Assembly: GCA_021796385.1 (NCBI GenBank) | Contig: JAJYXQ010000005.1 | Location: forward strand, 21,398-85,397 | Origin: Thermoplasmata archaeon | Lineage (GTDB): Archaea > Thermoplasmatota > Thermoplasmata > Lutacidiplasmatales > UBA184 | Direction of reading: 5' to 3' | Length of the DNA: 64,000 nt | Shown: positions 62,637-64,000 of the stretch, piece after piece | Position numbering within the stretch: the first letter of the stretch is position 1 | Layout of the letters: the number at the start of each line of letters is the position of its first letter | Program-made: the position numbers and the translations under genes | Notes under the pieces: generated by a model | What the model was told of the DNA's origin: nothing | What the model saw: only the letters and a program-made list of their open reading frames with translations | Database searches by the model: none

Positions 62637-63308
62637 ATGGGTGTGACCGGGATTATTCTGGTCTGGGCAAACCTTTGGGTGGTGGCACTCCCGTTCCTCA
62701 CGAGTGCCTGCGTGGCGGGCGTTTTCACCGTCCTCCTCTCTCGGGTCTCCCGCACGCTGACCCACCACCGTCTGGTCTGCACCCGGTGTGCGTTCGAAGG
62801 GACCCTGATCACGAAAGGAGAGTGCCATCAGAACTGTGCGGTGAACAGTATTCCCTCGCTGCCGCTCCTCCTCTTCTTTTTCTGTATCGAGTTCGCGCTG
62901 CTTTCTCTTTTCTACCCGTCTATCGCAGGCACGTACATCCTTCCGGGGTCGGTCTCACCGTTGTGGAACGCCTTGCTTCAGGGCCTGATGCTTGCCACAA
63001 CGGTCGCGTCCTCGGTCATGCTCGGGGTCTACTTGATACAGCATGAGGCTCGAGCCCGCACATGGATGCTCCGGGGTGCCCTCGTCGGAACCTTAGGCGC
63101 CATCCTTGTCGCTTCCTTGTATGTCGCAGCTGCGGTCTTGGTGCCGATCGGTCTCTTTGCCCTTTTGCTATCGTTGGGGGTCGAACTTCGAGCCCGGCAT
63201 GGCTTGCCGTTGCTGGGGCTCCGGGCGATCGGGTTGGCCACTCTTCCACTCTTCCTCGTGGTGTTGATCGGCATGGTCCGGATCTACGAGATCTTTCGGC
63301 TGGCCTGA
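62637..63308 (+). CDS. hypothetical polytopic membrane protein
   Basis: 223 aa with six hydrophobic helices. CTRC...C...C in the first loop. Confidence 0.5.
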   Translation: MGVTGIILVWANLWVVALPFLTSACVAGVFTVLLSRVSRTLTHHRLVCTRCAFEGTLITKGECHQNCAVNSIPSLPLLLFFFCIEFALLSLFYPSIAGTYILPGSVSPLWNALLQGLMLATTVASSVMLGVYLIQHEARARTWMLRGALVGTLGAILVASLYVAAAVLVPIGLFALLLSLGVELRARHGLPLLGLRAIGLATLPLFLVVLIGMVRIYEIFRLA

Positions 63309-63482
63309 CCCCTCCGACCGCGGCATGTACCACTCTGTAACGAGGTAAAGGAGAGTGGCTGCAACGAGAGCGAAGGCCACGTCCGCTGTCAACCCGTGTT
63401 GTATGAACGTCAGTCCGGCAACGGCGAGGGTGCACAACGACAACGCCACGAAGACCCCGCGTAAAAGGCTGTACCCGCTCAC
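63168..63482 (-). CDS. small hypothetical membrane protein
   Basis: 104 aa with one or two TM helices and an acidic tail. The C-terminal part overlaps the preceding gene by about 140 nt, so its reality is uncertain. Confidence 0.2.
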   Translation of the reverse strand: MSGYSLLRGVFVALSLCTLAVAGLTFIQHGLTADVAFALVAATLLYLVTEWYMPRSEGSGQPKDLVDPDHADQHHEEEWKSGQPDRPEPQQRQAMPGSKFDPQR

Positions 63483-63925
63483 TTGAACCCGGTCTCCACC
63501 AAGGTCGCCACGAAACGATCGAGCTCAGCGGCTATCCCCGCCAGCTCCTCCGGGGACCGAGATCGGCGCTTGGCGAGAAGGATCGCGTTCCGGAGCAGAC
63601 GGGCATGTACCAGCAGCTCCCCTTCGTCCCCCTTGGGGTTCGGGCTCGGAGTGGAGCTTTCACTGGTCAGCGCCTGACGTGCGATTGCGTCTATCTCATC
63701 CGAAGTAAAATAGCTCTTGAGAAATCCCTGAAACAGAGCGAGGGACCAGCCCAACGATCGCCGGGTATCTTCCTCACCGGAAGATGACGGGAAGGATAAG
63801 CCCGGAATGGGCGATAACGGAGCTACGCGGACTTCGGGCTTTCTTGTTGGGTTACTGGGATCCACAGTGACTTCAGATTTGATCGATGGGGGAAAGGGAA
63901 TGGGAGGGTAACTACCCTTGGGCAA
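63479..63925 (-). CDS. hypothetical protein
   Basis: 148 aa, Pro/Ser-rich N-terminus and alpha-helical C-terminus. No recognisable domain. Confidence 0.3.
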   Translation of the reverse strand: MPKGSYPPIPFPPSIKSEVTVDPSNPTRKPEVRVAPLSPIPGLSFPSSSGEEDTRRSLGWSLALFQGFLKSYFTSDEIDAIARQALTSESSTPSPNPKGDEGELLVHARLLRNAILLAKRRSRSPEELAGIAAELDRFVATLVETGFK

Positions 63926-64000
63926 TGAGGGTTCAGGGTGAAGGATTCTGGAATGAGGATCGGCCCGTCGGGAAAACTGGTAAAGCCGGGAAGCATAGTC

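Noticed and set aside
1-64000. CRISPR arrays, rRNA genes, intact transposases or integrases, obvious defence islands
   Set aside because: No direct-repeat/spacer periodicity, no rRNA-like conserved stretches and no Y-recombinase or DDE motifs were found. The only mobile-element trace is the TnpB remnant.

Overview
The window is high-GC (~60-65%) and gene-dense, and looks like archaeal chromosome. The archaeal assignment rests on housekeeping genes: aEF-1alpha followed directly by ribosomal protein S10, aIF-5A, FEN-1, smc-scpA-scpB, Lhr and Hef-type helicases, and PAC2-type proteasome chaperones. A two-subunit 2-oxoacid:ferredoxin oxidoreductase, an ADP-forming acetyl-CoA synthetase and S53/sedolisin and surface glycoproteins fit a Thermoplasmatota-like lineage, but that is inference only.

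Layout, left to right:
- 0-7 kb: a cell-surface glycosylation locus (methyltransferase, GT2, S-layer-like glycoprotein with a poly-Pro linker, epimerase, GT4) with an acetoacetate decarboxylase inserted.
- 7-19 kb: patatin-like lipase, Trm5, a PadR-regulated ABC exporter, Hef helicase, a MidA methyltransferase, a PAC2 chaperone and a membrane-anchored TIM-barrel protein.
- 19-24.4 kb: smc-scpA-scpB, converging on a 1468-aa degenerate-repeat coiled-coil protein that ends at 28.8 kb.
- 29-35 kb: eif5a, an RHH/Zn-ribbon gene pair, a frameshifted TnpB remnant, tuf-rps10, and psd-pssA for archaetidylserine synthesis.
- 36.8-37.5 kb: a proteasome alpha-like subunit whose reading frame begins with a ribbon-helix-helix domain.
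- 37.5-39.6 kb: the most interesting region. A TATA box and SD precede an unannotated 43-aa acidic ORF ending in PEIMWG; a perfect 9-bp hairpin follows; then a radical-SAM/SPASM enzyme whose stop overlaps (ATGA) the start of an HTH_10 regulator. This is the architecture of a RiPP precursor-maturase cassette and appears undescribed.
- 39.7-46.6 kb: central metabolism (citrate synthase, Mrp/NBP35, acetyl-CoA synthetase, OFOR alpha and beta).
- 46.6-49.2 kb: two tRNA genes absent from the ORF track, tRNA-Leu(CAA) on the + strand and tRNA-Cys(GCA) on the - strand, flanking a small island of hypothetical proteins.
- 49.2-64 kb: nadA, a DUF2400-like protein, a 1184-aa S53 peptidase with PKD domains and an internal tandem duplication, Lhr, a LarE-like PP-loop enzyme coupled to a small Zn-finger protein, ribD-type reductase, ftcD, fen, a second PAC2 chaperone and hypothetical membrane proteins.

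No rRNA or CRISPR array was found. The ORF track accepts GTG starts and over-extends many N-termini, and the GC-rich DNA throws off many long antisense ORFs that I reject. Coordinates I derived by hand may be off by 1-2 nt.
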